Source: Schaalia odontolytica
GTDB taxonomy: Bacteria; Actinomycetota; Actinomycetes; Actinomycetales; Actinomycetaceae
NCBI RefSeq assembly: GCF_005696695.1
Contig: NZ_CP040006.1
Location: 2,070,001 to 2,102,000 of the forward strand
DNA length: 32,000 nt
Direction of reading: 5' to 3'
The translations under genes were made by a program, and so were the position numbers. Numbering within the stretch: position 1 is the first letter of the stretch; each line of letters starts with the position of its first letter. The notes under the pieces are model-generated. The model saw nothing but the letters and a program-made list of their open reading frames with translations, was not told where the DNA came from and made no database searches. Shown here piece after piece: positions 8,392-16,349 of the stretch.

Positions 8392-10560
8392 ATGAAGTAC
8401 GCCATGTTCATCCACTGGGGCGTCTACTCCTCCTACGCAGGCTGGTACAAGGGCCAGAAGCAGGAAGTGGGCTACCCCGAGCAGATCAAGGCATGGGGCC
8501 ACCAGCAGACCTGGGATTCCCGTATCCCGCTGCAGGGCATCCCGCGCGAGGAGTACCTGGCCACCGCCCAGACCTTCGAAGCCCCCAACTTCGACGCGAC
8601 CGCGTGGTGTCAGCAGGCCAAGGACAGCGGCATGAAGATGCTGCTCATCACCTCCAAGCACCACGACGGCTTCGCCATGTGGGACACGGCCACGACCGAC
8701 TACAACTTCACGAAGCAGTCGCCCTCGCACCGCGACCCGCTCCTCGAGCTGTCGCAGGCCTGCAAGCAGGTCGGCATCAAGTTCGGCCTCTACTTCTCCA
8801 ACATCGACTGGGAGAAGCAGCCCGAGAACCCGTGGCGTAACGACAATACGCTGAACGAAGAGGGCTACATGGACTACATCCATGAGCAGCTCAAGGAACT
8901 CCTCGGCGGCAAGTACGGCGAGATCGCCGAGCTCTGGTACGACATGGGCAAGCCGAACCCCGAGCAGTCCGACCAGCTGCGCCAGTGGGCGCACGAGCTC
9001 CAGCCGAACATCATGATCAACTCGCGCGTCGGTAACGACCGCGCGGACTTCGAGGTCGGCTGGGACAACGAGATGCAGTCCGAGCAGACCCAGGGTCCCT
9101 GGGAGTCGGCCGTCTCGATCTTCCACAAGACCTGGGGCTACGCGAACTGGGACGACGCTGCTCCCAAGTTCAAGGACACCGGCTACCCGGACTACTCCGA
9201 GGAAGACTGGGACCACATGATCGACGTCGACAACACGACGGCGTTGCGTAAGGCCCCGGGCGGCGCCCACACCAAGACCACCGAGATCGTGGGCAACATG
9301 TTCTCGACCGTGGCCCTGGGCGGCCAGTTCCTCTTCAACGTCGGCCCGAAGTTCGACGGCTCCTACGACCCGTGGGACGCCTCGGTCCTCAAGGGCATCG
9401 GCGACTGGAACCGCGCACACCCCGGCGTCCTCAACAACTCGCGCCCGACCCACTTCCCCATCGAAACCTGGGGCAAGACCATGGTCGATGATTCCCACAT
9501 CTACCTGGGCATCGAGAAGTGGCCGGCCGACGGCACGATCACGCTGCGCGGCGCCGGCGCCAACGACATCTCCTCGGTGAAGCTGGACGGCTCCGACGCG
9601 GCTCTGACCTACAAGGTCGAGGGCAACGACCTCGTCATCACGCTACCCGCGCAGCCCGACGAGATCCTCCCCGTCGTCACGGTCACCACGAACGGCACGC
9701 CCAACTACGTGCCCACCGGCCTGACCACCATCGGCACCGAGGCGACCACGATCCCCGCCTCCGGCCTCGAAAAGTTCAAGGCCCCCACCCCCAAGACCGG
9801 TGAGACCAGCTTCACGGCCTCCATCACCTCGGGCGACCAGGTCGCCTCGGGCGTGAGCGTCGCCTTCGACACCGAGGGCTTCACGGACGCCTACGCGAAG
9901 TACAAGGTCAGCGTCAACGGACAGGTCATCAAGAACCTCACCGTCGCCGAGCTCAAGGAAGGCGTCGGCCCCTTCGCGATCGGAGCGAACGAGACCGCTC
10001 GCGTGACCCTGGAATACGACAACCCGGCGTACGCCCTCAAGGGCTTCGGCAAGGACACGACCGTCAAGTCGGTCACCGTCAAGGCCGAGAAGCTCTCGAC
10101 CCCCGCCGTGACCGTCGAGCCGTCGACCGTCGAGGCCGGCAAGAACGTCACCGTGAAGGGCACGGGCTTCGCCCCCGAGTCGACCGTGACGCTCACGCTG
10201 CACTCTGAGCCCGTCGAGGTCGGCACCGCCACCACTGACGCGAACGGTGACTTCACCGCAGAGGTGACGGTCCCCGCCGACACCGAGGCCGGCGAGCACA
10301 CGGTCGTCGCTGAGTCCACCACGCCCGCCGTGACGGCCTCCGCGCCGCTGACGGTCACCGCGCCGCCGGCACCCGCCGAGGACCCGAGCGCCGCTCCGAG
10401 CGCGCAGCCCTCCGCCGCCCCGGCGCCCACCCCCGAGCAGGGCGGCAAGGGCGGCCTGGCACGCACCGGCACCAACGCGCTGCTCGCTGTGGCAGCCGCG
10501 CTGATCGCCGCGGGAGCGGGCACGGCGTTCATCCGCCGCTCACGCCGGGCCAAGGCCTAA
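8392..10560 (+). CDS. GH29 alpha-L-fucosidase, cell-wall anchored (LAXTG sorting signal); probably frameshifted relative to its signal peptide (full locus 8189..10560)
   Basis: GH29-type motifs MFIHWGVYS, SKHHDGFAMWDT and ELWYDMG. The C-terminal part carries Ig-like/beta-rich modules and a Pro/Ala linker. The sorting signal is LARTG (10456-10470) plus a hydrophobic segment plus RRSRRAK. The reading frame stays open upstream of 8392 (…QATYDARYAIPAAVAASSEAKVSEWQD) with no start codon. Confidence 0.85.
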   Translation: MKYAMFIHWGVYSSYAGWYKGQKQEVGYPEQIKAWGHQQTWDSRIPLQGIPREEYLATAQTFEAPNFDATAWCQQAKDSGMKMLLITSKHHDGFAMWDTATTDYNFTKQSPSHRDPLLELSQACKQVGIKFGLYFSNIDWEKQPENPWRNDNTLNEEGYMDYIHEQLKELLGGKYGEIAELWYDMGKPNPEQSDQLRQWAHELQPNIMINSRVGNDRADFEVGWDNEMQSEQTQGPWESAVSIFHKTWGYANWDDAAPKFKDTGYPDYSEEDWDHMIDVDNTTALRKAPGGAHTKTTEIVGNMFSTVALGGQFLFNVGPKFDGSYDPWDASVLKGIGDWNRAHPGVLNNSRPTHFPIETWGKTMVDDSHIYLGIEKWPADGTITLRGAGANDISSVKLDGSDAALTYKVEGNDLVITLPAQPDEILPVVTVTTNGTPNYVPTGLTTIGTEATTIPASGLEKFKAPTPKTGETSFTASITSGDQVASGVSVAFDTEGFTDAYAKYKVSVNGQVIKNLTVAELKEGVGPFAIGANETARVTLEYDNPAYALKGFGKDTTVKSVTVKAEKLSTPAVTVEPSTVEAGKNVTVKGTGFAPESTVTLTLHSEPVEVGTATTDANGDFTAEVTVPADTEAGEHTVVAESTTPAVTASAPLTVTAPPAPAEDPSAAPSAQPSAAPAPTPEQGGKGGLARTGTNALLAVAAALIAAGAGTAFIRRSRRAKA

Positions 10561-10588
10561 GCACCGCGTGGGCATAACCACCACAGAT

Positions 10589-10624
10589 GGGGGCGGGGCG
10601 TACCTGACGGTACGCCCCGCCCCC
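10589..10624 (+). terminator. Stem-loop terminator after the fucosidase gene
   Basis: Perfect 16-bp stem GGGGGCGGGGCGTACC / GGTACGCCCCGCCCCC with a 4-nt loop, 29 nt after the stop. Confidence 0.7.
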
Positions 10625-10639
10625 ACTTACACTGGAGCA

Positions 10640-11797
10640 ATGCGCTGCGACCACTTTGACGCCGGGACCTGCCGGTCCTGCTCCCTCCTCCCCCAGCCCT
10701 ACGAGCGTCAGCTCGCCGGCAAGGTCGAGGCCGTCGCAGCCACCCTCTCCCCCGTCCCGGGAGCCGGCGAAATCTCCTGGCTGGCCCCGGCCTCGTCCCC
10801 GGAGAAGGGATTTCGCACGAGCGCAAAGCTCGTCGTCGGAGGAACCCGCCGCCGCCCCACCCTGGGTGTCCTGGGGCCCGACCGCCGCGGCGTCGACCTG
10901 CCCGGCTGCCCCATCCAGCACCCCGCCATCAACCGCGCGACGCCCGGCCTCAAGCGCTTCATCCGCTCCCTCGATCTGACGCCCTACGACGTCCCCACCA
11001 AGCGCGGGGAGCTCAAGAACATCCTCATCACCGTGGGCGACGGCCAGCGGCTCATGATCCGCTTCGTGCTGCGCACGCGCGACCGCGTCTCCGACATTCG
11101 CTCGGCGCTGCCGTTGCTGCGCGACCTCGTGCCCAGCGCCCACGTCGTCACGGCGAACATCCACCCCACGCACGAGGCCATCGTCGAGGGCCCCGACGAG
11201 ATCATCCTGACGCGGGCGCGCACGCTGCCGCTCAGCGTTGAGGGTCTCGAGCTGGGGCCACGCTCCTTCGCGCAGACCAATGCATCCGTCGCCTCCGCCC
11301 TGTATGAGCAGGCTACCCTGTGGGCGTCGCGCCCCTTCGCCGACGGGCGTCTGCCCGAGAGCCTGTGGGACCTGTACTGCGGCGTCGGCGGCTTCGCACT
11401 CGCCGCCGCGCGAGCCGGATTCCCGCGCGTCACCGGCGTCGAGGTGTCCTCCGGGGCGATCTCCTCGGCGATCAGCGCCGCCCGCCACGCGGGCCTGCCA
11501 CGGTCGGCTGCGTCCTTCATCGCGGACGACGCGACCTCGTGGGCTCGAGCCCAGGCGCCCGAGGAGGTGCCCGACGTGATCGTCGTGAACCCGCCGCGTC
11601 GAGGCATCGGAGCCGACCTGGCAACCTACCTGAACGAGTGCGACGCGCCCCGCGTCATCTACTCCTCGTGCAACCCCGCCTCGCTGGCCACGGACCTGGC
11701 GGCCATGCCCACGCTCCGCCCCATCGAAGGCCGCCTCTTCGACATGTTCCCCCACACGACCCACGCCGAGGTCGCCCTCCTCCTCGAGCGCGCGTAA
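10640..11797 (+). CDS. TrmA/RlmC(RumB)-family RNA (uracil-5-)-methyltransferase, SAM-dependent
   Basis: N-terminal Cys cluster CDHFDAGTCRSCS, SAM-binding DLYCGVGGFALA, and a catalytic region NPPRRG...IYSSCNP. The start is moved to the ATG at 10640, downstream of the terminator hairpin. Confidence 0.75.
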   Translation: MRCDHFDAGTCRSCSLLPQPYERQLAGKVEAVAATLSPVPGAGEISWLAPASSPEKGFRTSAKLVVGGTRRRPTLGVLGPDRRGVDLPGCPIQHPAINRATPGLKRFIRSLDLTPYDVPTKRGELKNILITVGDGQRLMIRFVLRTRDRVSDIRSALPLLRDLVPSAHVVTANIHPTHEAIVEGPDEIILTRARTLPLSVEGLELGPRSFAQTNASVASALYEQATLWASRPFADGRLPESLWDLYCGVGGFALAAARAGFPRVTGVEVSSGAISSAISAARHAGLPRSAASFIADDATSWARAQAPEEVPDVIVVNPPRRGIGADLATYLNECDAPRVIYSSCNPASLATDLAAMPTLRPIEGRLFDMFPHTTHAEVALLLERA

Positions 11798-11864
11798 ATC
11801 GCTCCGATCGCGCGGCCCACCCCGGCCCCGGCCCGTTACAATTGGACCTAACGTTAGGAGAAAC

Positions 11865-12320
11865 ATGACCGTCGAACTTATCACCGCCGCCACGCCCGAA
11901 ATCCACGAGGCTATGGGGCGCCTGATCCCCCAGCTGTCCCGCTCTGCCGCGCCAATGAGTGAGGCCGACGTGGAGCGCTTCCTCTCCCAGTCCGGCGTGC
12001 ACCTCTTCGTGTTCCGCCCCGACACCGCTGATTCCGAGGGCAATCACCCGATCCTCGGCATGCTGTCGCTGGCCACCTTCGAGATCCCCACGGGCGTGCG
12101 CGCGTGGATTGAAGACGTCGTCGTTGACGAGGCCGCCCGCGGTCAGGGTGCCGGCCAGTCCCTCGTGGTCGCCGCGATCGAGCACGCTCAGAAGATCGGC
12201 GCACGTACCGTCGACCTCACCTCGCGCCCCTCGCGCGAGGCCGCGAACCGCCTCTACCAGCGCGCCGGCTTCCAGCTGCGTGAGACCAACGTGTACCGAG
12301 TGACGCTCGAGAAGAAGTGA
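11865..12320 (+). CDS. GNAT-family N-acetyltransferase
   Basis: Acetyl-CoA motif A VVVDEAARGQGAGQSLV...ANRLYQRAGF. AGGAGA lies 3-4 nt before the ATG. Confidence 0.8.
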   Translation: MTVELITAATPEIHEAMGRLIPQLSRSAAPMSEADVERFLSQSGVHLFVFRPDTADSEGNHPILGMLSLATFEIPTGVRAWIEDVVVDEAARGQGAGQSLVVAAIEHAQKIGARTVDLTSRPSREAANRLYQRAGFQLRETNVYRVTLEKK

Positions 12321-12431
12321 GCGCGCGGCGCTTGCATCGCTTGCGGCTGTAGTGTCGTGTGCACTGCTTGTAGCTACTTACCTTCCGCACGTTGCGTGCA
12401 GCGCTTGGACTCCAATCAGCCTTTGCCGTAC

Positions 12432-12462
12432 CGCCCGCCCCCGCATGTCGCGTGGGCGGGCG
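12432..12462 (+). terminator. Candidate terminator stem-loop downstream of the GNAT gene
   Basis: 9-bp stem CGCCCGCCC / GGGCGGGCG with a 13-nt loop, followed by CTTCGTTT. Confidence 0.4.
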
Positions 12463-12587
12463 CTTCGTTTGGGCCTTGGGGCGTGACCGGCCTGGGCCGA
12501 GCAGGGCGAACTTTTTCGCGCACAGGACCCCGCCCGTGTTGACTTTGCAACCAATGACACCTCTGCAGCCACTGATGCAGGCCAGCA

Positions 12588-12750
12588 TGAAACCCCCATC
12601 GCCACTGCGCACCCCTGAACGGCAACCGTTGAAACCGACAACACCACTGCGACCGAAAAACACAACAAAAACACCCAATTCCCACCCGCAAAGGCGATGG
12701 CGGTTTCAACCCCAGGCACTTACGAGCGAGCAAAGGCGATGGCGGTTTCA
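12588..12750. repeat. Four copies of a 22-nt motif arranged forward-forward-reverse-reverse
   Basis: TGAAACCCCCATCGCCACTGCG (12588-12609) and TGAAACCGACAACACCACTGCG (12630-12651) on the plus strand. Their reverse-complement form CGCAAAGGCGATGGCGGTTTCA lies at 12687-12708, and aGCAAAGGCGATGGCGGTTTCA at 12729-12750. Confidence 0.8.
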
Positions 12751-12860
12751 CGCGAGAGATTTCCGATGCTCGAGGGCCGCGGCAGGGCCAGAGCCAGAGT
12801 CAGAGTCAGACAAAAGTCGCACATAATTTCCCGCGGTCACTTTTGGAGACCGTCCACAAA

Positions 12861-12876
12861 CGTTGCAATTGCAACG
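12861..12876. repeat. Perfect 16-bp palindrome CGTTGCAATTGCAACG
   Basis: Read directly from the sequence. Confidence 0.9.
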
Positions 12877-12906
12877 ACGTGAATTCAAGGTTTGAAGTAG
12901 CCTCCA

Positions 12907-13370
12907 GGGAATTACGTGCGAAATTACTGAGGGCAAGGCACTCACTAGCACCCGAACGCGGCTGGCGTGGGGGTCGCCGCATGGTCTGAGAGCCTAGCTG
13001 GGCACGCGTAGGCGAGACATTCTTCGCCCAGCACGAGGCCTATATGGCCTTGCGCGAGACAAAATTCGCCCTGCTGACACAAAAGCGCCTAATTTGGGGT
13101 GTTTTGCGCACGCTGGGCGATTTTTCTCTCGCGCACGCGATAAACCAGCTGCGCTGGGCGAGTTTTGTCTCACCTGAACGATGCATAGCGGCCGCCCAGC
13201 AACGGTCCCACCGACGCGGAGGCCAACGGACGTTAGGAAGACCTCGGACTCACAAATTTCGCATGCAATTCACCCAGTGCAGGAATCAACACACGCCAAA
13301 AAACCGCAGAATATCAACGATTCGATTACAAGATCTGAAATACAGTCCGGGGAATTGCATGCGAAATTGC
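12907..13370. repeat. GGGAATT-N-C-N-TGCGAAATT repeat family (3 clear copies, one inverted)
   Basis: GGGAATTACGTGCGAAATTAC (12907-12927, +), AAATTTCGCATGCAATTCACCC (13254-13275, reverse orientation) and GGGGAATTGCATGCGAAATTGC (13349-13370, +). The last two form a 17-bp perfect inverted repeat about 80 nt apart. Confidence 0.8.
13011..13171. repeat. Four copies of a GCGAGAnA-N4-5-TTCGCCC motif, forward-forward-reverse-reverse
   Basis: GGCGAGACATTCTTCGCCCA (13011-13030) and GCGCGAGACAAAATTCGCCC (13052-13071) are forward. GGGCGATTTTTCTCTCGCGC (13115-13134) and GGGCGAGTTTTGTCTC (13156-13171) are reverse. 13052-13071 against 13115-13134 is an 18/20 inverted repeat. Confidence 0.75.
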
Positions 13371-13385
13371 AAAGCACCGCACGCT

Positions 13386-13541
13386 TGGAGGGCACCGGAG
13401 GGACCTACCGCGGTGCCGGTGGACGGCAGCGGGGCCTGGCCAGGCTTCGAGACGACGCGCCGATCAGCACGCCAGGAACCACTGGTGTGGAGGGCGCCGG
13501 AGGGACCGGAGGGCACGGGCGGGCTTCGAGGCGCGGCGCCG
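13386..13541. repeat. G-rich imperfect direct repeat (period about 100 bp)
   Basis: TGGAGGGCACCGGAGGGACC (13386-13405) against TGGAGGGCGCCGGAGGGACC (13488-13507). GGCTTCGAGACGACGCGCCG (13443-13462) against GGCTTCGAGGCGCGGCGCCG (13522-13541). Confidence 0.7.
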
Positions 13542-13627
13542 AACGAAGTGAGGTCGCCTAGCCTCGCGGGCGGCCGGGGCCTCCGGCGCCCGGAACACCC
13601 GTGGGGCCGCAAGCAACATCCAAAAAG

Positions 13628-14467
13628 TCAGAACTCCTCGTAGTACTCCGGGTTCTGGTCGGCCTGGCGGCCGTCGGGGCGGCCAAGCGCGCTGATCGCA
13701 GCCATCTGCTCGTCAGACAGCGAGAAGGAGAAGATGTCGAGGTTTTCGCGCTGGCGCTCAGGGTTACCAGACTTGGGCAGGGGCATCGTGCCGAGCTGGT
13801 AGTGCCAGCGCAGGATGAGACGCGACGGGGACACACCCACCTCGGATGCCAGGGCGACGATCGCGGGGTCTTCGACGATGCGCCACTTGCGCCCCAGGGG
13901 ACTCCACGATTCGGTAAGCACGCCGACCTGCGCGTGATACTCCAGCGCGGCAGCCTGTGGGAAGTAGGGATGCAGCTCGATCTGGTTGACACTCGGGTAC
14001 TCGCCGGTCTCAGCGTGCACACGTTCGAGGTGCTCGGGCAGGAAGTTGCACACGCCGACGGATCGAATGAGGCCGCGGTCGCGGGCGTCCAGCAGGGCCT
14101 GGAAGGCCTCGACGTAGAGGCCGCGCTTGGGGTTGGGCCAGTGGATCAGGTACATGTCCCAGTAGTCCAGGCCGGCGCGCATGAGGGATTCTTCGAGGGT
14201 GTAGACGGCCTCGTCGTAGTGCTGGTGGCGCCCGGGGAGTTTGGAGACGAGGCGCAGGTCCTCGCGGGGGATGCCGCAGCGGCGCACGGCGGCACCGAGG
14301 GCGCCCTCGTTCTCGTAGTTAAAGGCGCTATCGAGCATGCGATACCCGGCCTCAATGCCCGAGACCATTGAGGAGACGCCCGAGGCGCCACGTAGGTTGT
14401 AGGTCCCCAGCGCGATCGCGGGAACATCCAGGCCATCGTTCAGGGTGTACGCGGGGATCTCACTCAT
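13628..14467 (-). CDS. Aldo/keto reductase (2,5-diketo-D-gluconate reductase-like)
   Basis: AKR layout: ALGTYNL, LDSAFNYENE (catalytic Y), LIHWP, SVGVCNF, ELHPY, SWSPLG, KSGNPERQRENL. Confidence 0.85.
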   Translation of the reverse strand: MSEIPAYTLNDGLDVPAIALGTYNLRGASGVSSMVSGIEAGYRMLDSAFNYENEGALGAAVRRCGIPREDLRLVSKLPGRHQHYDEAVYTLEESLMRAGLDYWDMYLIHWPNPKRGLYVEAFQALLDARDRGLIRSVGVCNFLPEHLERVHAETGEYPSVNQIELHPYFPQAAALEYHAQVGVLTESWSPLGRKWRIVEDPAIVALASEVGVSPSRLILRWHYQLGTMPLPKSGNPERQRENLDIFSFSLSDEQMAAISALGRPDGRQADQNPEYYEEF

Positions 14468-14513
14468 GCCTTAAGCGTAGGCCACGCCACGCCCGGCGTT
14501 CTACCATTGGGGT

Positions 14514-15818
14514 ATGGCACAGCTTGAACTGGACGAGGTCCACGCGAACGCGGTGGACTATCAGCATTTCCTCCTTGATTCTCCTTCCCCCTATCACGCC
14601 GCCGAGGTCGTGGCGCAGCGCCTGGTGGACGCCGGCTTTACGCGCGTCGACGAGAAGGGCGCGTGGGACGCGTCCCCGGGTGGTCACGTGATGGTGCGCG
14701 GCGGTGCGGTGGCCGCGTGGTTCGTGCCCGAGACGGTTTCCGACGACGCGGGCTTCCGCATCGTGGGCGCGCACACGGATTCGCCGGCGCTGTCGGTGAA
14801 GCCGTCGGTGCAGTCGACGACACCGGATGGCTGGGGCCAGATTGACGTCGAGGTGTACGGCGGCATGATGTGGAACTCGTGGCTGGATCGCGAGCTGACG
14901 CTGGCGGGCCGCCTGGTCCTGAACAGTGGCGAAGTCATCCTGGCTCGCACGGGCCCGATTGCGCGCATCCCGCAGCTGGCGATCCACCTGGATCGCGACG
15001 TGAATCCGGGCGGGCTGAAGCTGGATCCGCAGAAGCACCTGCACCCGGTGTGGACGGTGGATAACCCGTACGGCAACGTGCTGGAGTACGTGGCGCGCAC
15101 GGCGGGCCTGGATGACGCGTCGCAGGTTGCGGCGTTCGACCTGATCCTCACACCCAGCCAGGGTCCGGGCTTCTTCGGCGATAAGGGCCAGTTCATCGCG
15201 GCCTCGCGCCAGGACAACCTGTCGAGCGTGCACCCGGGCCTGGTGGCCTTGGAGCGCCTGGCCGCGCAGGGTACGCCGGCGGGCGGCGACGTCACGGTGT
15301 TCATGTGCTTCGATCACGAGGAGGTGGGCTCGGAGTCGCGCACGGGTGCGGCCGGCCCGATCCTGGAGACGGTGTTGCGCCGCACGGCGAAGGCGCTGGG
15401 CCGCGACGAGGACGGTTTCGAGCGCATGCTCGCGGCCTCGTCGTGCGTGAGCGCGGACGCGGCGCATTCGGTGCACCCGAACTACGCGGGCCACCACGAT
15501 CCGGATAATCGTCCGATGATGGGCCGCGGCCCGATCATCAAGATCAACTCGAAGCAGCGTTACGCGACGGACGCGGAGGGCATCGCCCTGTGGAATCGCG
15601 CGTGCGCGGCGGCGGGCGTTGCGTCGCAGAACTTCGTGGGTAATAACGCGATGCCGTGCGGGACGACGATCGGCCCGATCACGGCGACTCGTCTGGGGAT
15701 CCTGACGGTGGACGTGGGCGTGGGCCTGTTGTCGATGCACTCGGCGCGCGAGATGAGCCACGTGGATGATCTCCTCGACCTTTCCCGGGTGCTTGAGGCG
15801 TACTGGCAGGGTGCCTAA
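14514..15818 (+). CDS. M18-family aminopeptidase (aspartyl aminopeptidase-like)
   Basis: 434 aa. N-terminal FLLDSPSPYHAA..., GAHTDSPAL, the metal-ligand region CFDHEEVGSES and SMHSAREM, typical of M18. Confidence 0.85.
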   Translation: MAQLELDEVHANAVDYQHFLLDSPSPYHAAEVVAQRLVDAGFTRVDEKGAWDASPGGHVMVRGGAVAAWFVPETVSDDAGFRIVGAHTDSPALSVKPSVQSTTPDGWGQIDVEVYGGMMWNSWLDRELTLAGRLVLNSGEVILARTGPIARIPQLAIHLDRDVNPGGLKLDPQKHLHPVWTVDNPYGNVLEYVARTAGLDDASQVAAFDLILTPSQGPGFFGDKGQFIAASRQDNLSSVHPGLVALERLAAQGTPAGGDVTVFMCFDHEEVGSESRTGAAGPILETVLRRTAKALGRDEDGFERMLAASSCVSADAAHSVHPNYAGHHDPDNRPMMGRGPIIKINSKQRYATDAEGIALWNRACAAAGVASQNFVGNNAMPCGTTIGPITATRLGILTVDVGVGLLSMHSAREMSHVDDLLDLSRVLEAYWQGA

Positions 15819-15861
15819 AGCGGGCCCTCACAGCGGCGCCTGACGCCTGAGCGCATGAAGT

Positions 15862-15897
15862 AACCCCGGCCTCGTCCATCGTGACGAGGCCGGGGTT
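15862..15897. terminator. Bidirectional stem-loop terminator between the convergent aminopeptidase and ohr genes
   Basis: Perfect 15-bp stem AACCCCGGCCTCGTC / GACGAGGCCGGGGTT with a 6-nt loop, followed by CTTTCG. Confidence 0.7.
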
Positions 15898-15917
15898 CTT
15901 TCGTCTATCGGGCGCGC

Positions 15918-16349
15918 TCAGAGAGCGGCGACCGCGGTGACGGTGACGGGCACGTTGCCGCGCGTGGCCTTGGAGTAGGGGCACAGCTGGTGGGCGCGGT
16001 CGACGAGGGCCTGGGCGCGGTCGAGCTCGACGCCGGGGATGAAGACCTCGATGTCGGCGGTGAGGGCGAAGGAGTCGCCCTCGGGGCCGAGGCCGATCGT
16101 GGTGCGCACGACGGAGTCCTTGGTGTCGATACCCAGTTCCTTGGCGGCCAGGCCCATGGCGCCCTGGAAGCAGGCGCCGTAGCCCATGGCGAAGAGGGCT
16201 TCGGGGTTGGGGCCGTCGCCGGGGCCGCCCAGTTCCTTGGGCATACGCATGACGTGGCTGATGCCGAGCGCGGGGACGGAGGAGGTGCCGGCGCGACCAC
16301 CGGTGGAGTCGGCGGTGACGGTGTAAACGATCTCGTTAGGTGTATCCAT
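15918..16349 (-). CDS. ohr: Organic hydroperoxide resistance protein Ohr (OsmC/Ohr family)
   Basis: 143 aa with both conserved Ohr cysteines in context (GYGACFQGA and HQLCPYSKATRGN). Confidence 0.88.
   Translation of the reverse strand: MDTPNEIVYTVTADSTGGRAGTSSVPALGISHVMRMPKELGGPGDGPNPEALFAMGYGACFQGAMGLAAKELGIDTKDSVVRTTIGLGPEGDSFALTADIEVFIPGVELDRAQALVDRAHQLCPYSKATRGNVPVTVTAVAAL

Noticed and set aside
8152-9498. Minus-strand ORF of 448 aa, and 9643..10299 / 9891..10553 on the minus strand
   Set aside because: Antisense to the GH29 fucosidase. The sequences are repetitive and rich in Gly, Val, Arg and Asp, with no motifs.
10529-12043. Minus-strand ORF of 504 aa
   Set aside because: Antisense to the methyltransferase and GNAT genes and spanning an intergenic terminator. 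Non-protein-like composition.
12789-12811. Hexanucleotide microsatellite (CAGAGC/T) of about 4 copies
   Set aside because: It is real but short and non-coding, with no evident consequence. Noted only as part of the unusual spacer.
12816-12860. dif (XerC/D) site or DnaA box
   Set aside because: GCACATAAT / ATTATGTGCGAC resembles only half of a dif arm and lacks the conserved XerD arm (TTATGTnAAnT). There is only one partial DnaA-box-like GTCCACA (about 12852-12858), and dnaA/dnaN are not nearby.
12321-13627. CRISPR array, tRNA/tmRNA/RNase P, or insertion sequence in the repeat-rich spacer
   Set aside because: The repeats are not regularly spaced direct repeats with unique spacers. I found no cloverleaf or T-loop (GGTTCGAATCC-like) sequence and no recognisable tmRNA or RNase P start. 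No transposase or integrase ORF is present anywhere in the window.
13044-13643. Plus-strand ORF of 199 aa, and other short ORFs within the 12.3-13.6 kb spacer
   Set aside because: The translations are Arg-, Pro- and Gly-rich and run straight through the repeat arrays. There is no SD sequence, and composition differs from neighbouring genes. Treated as non-coding.
14460-15761. Minus-strand ORF of 433 aa
   Set aside because: Antisense to the M18 aminopeptidase. The translation is dominated by Arg, His and Ala.
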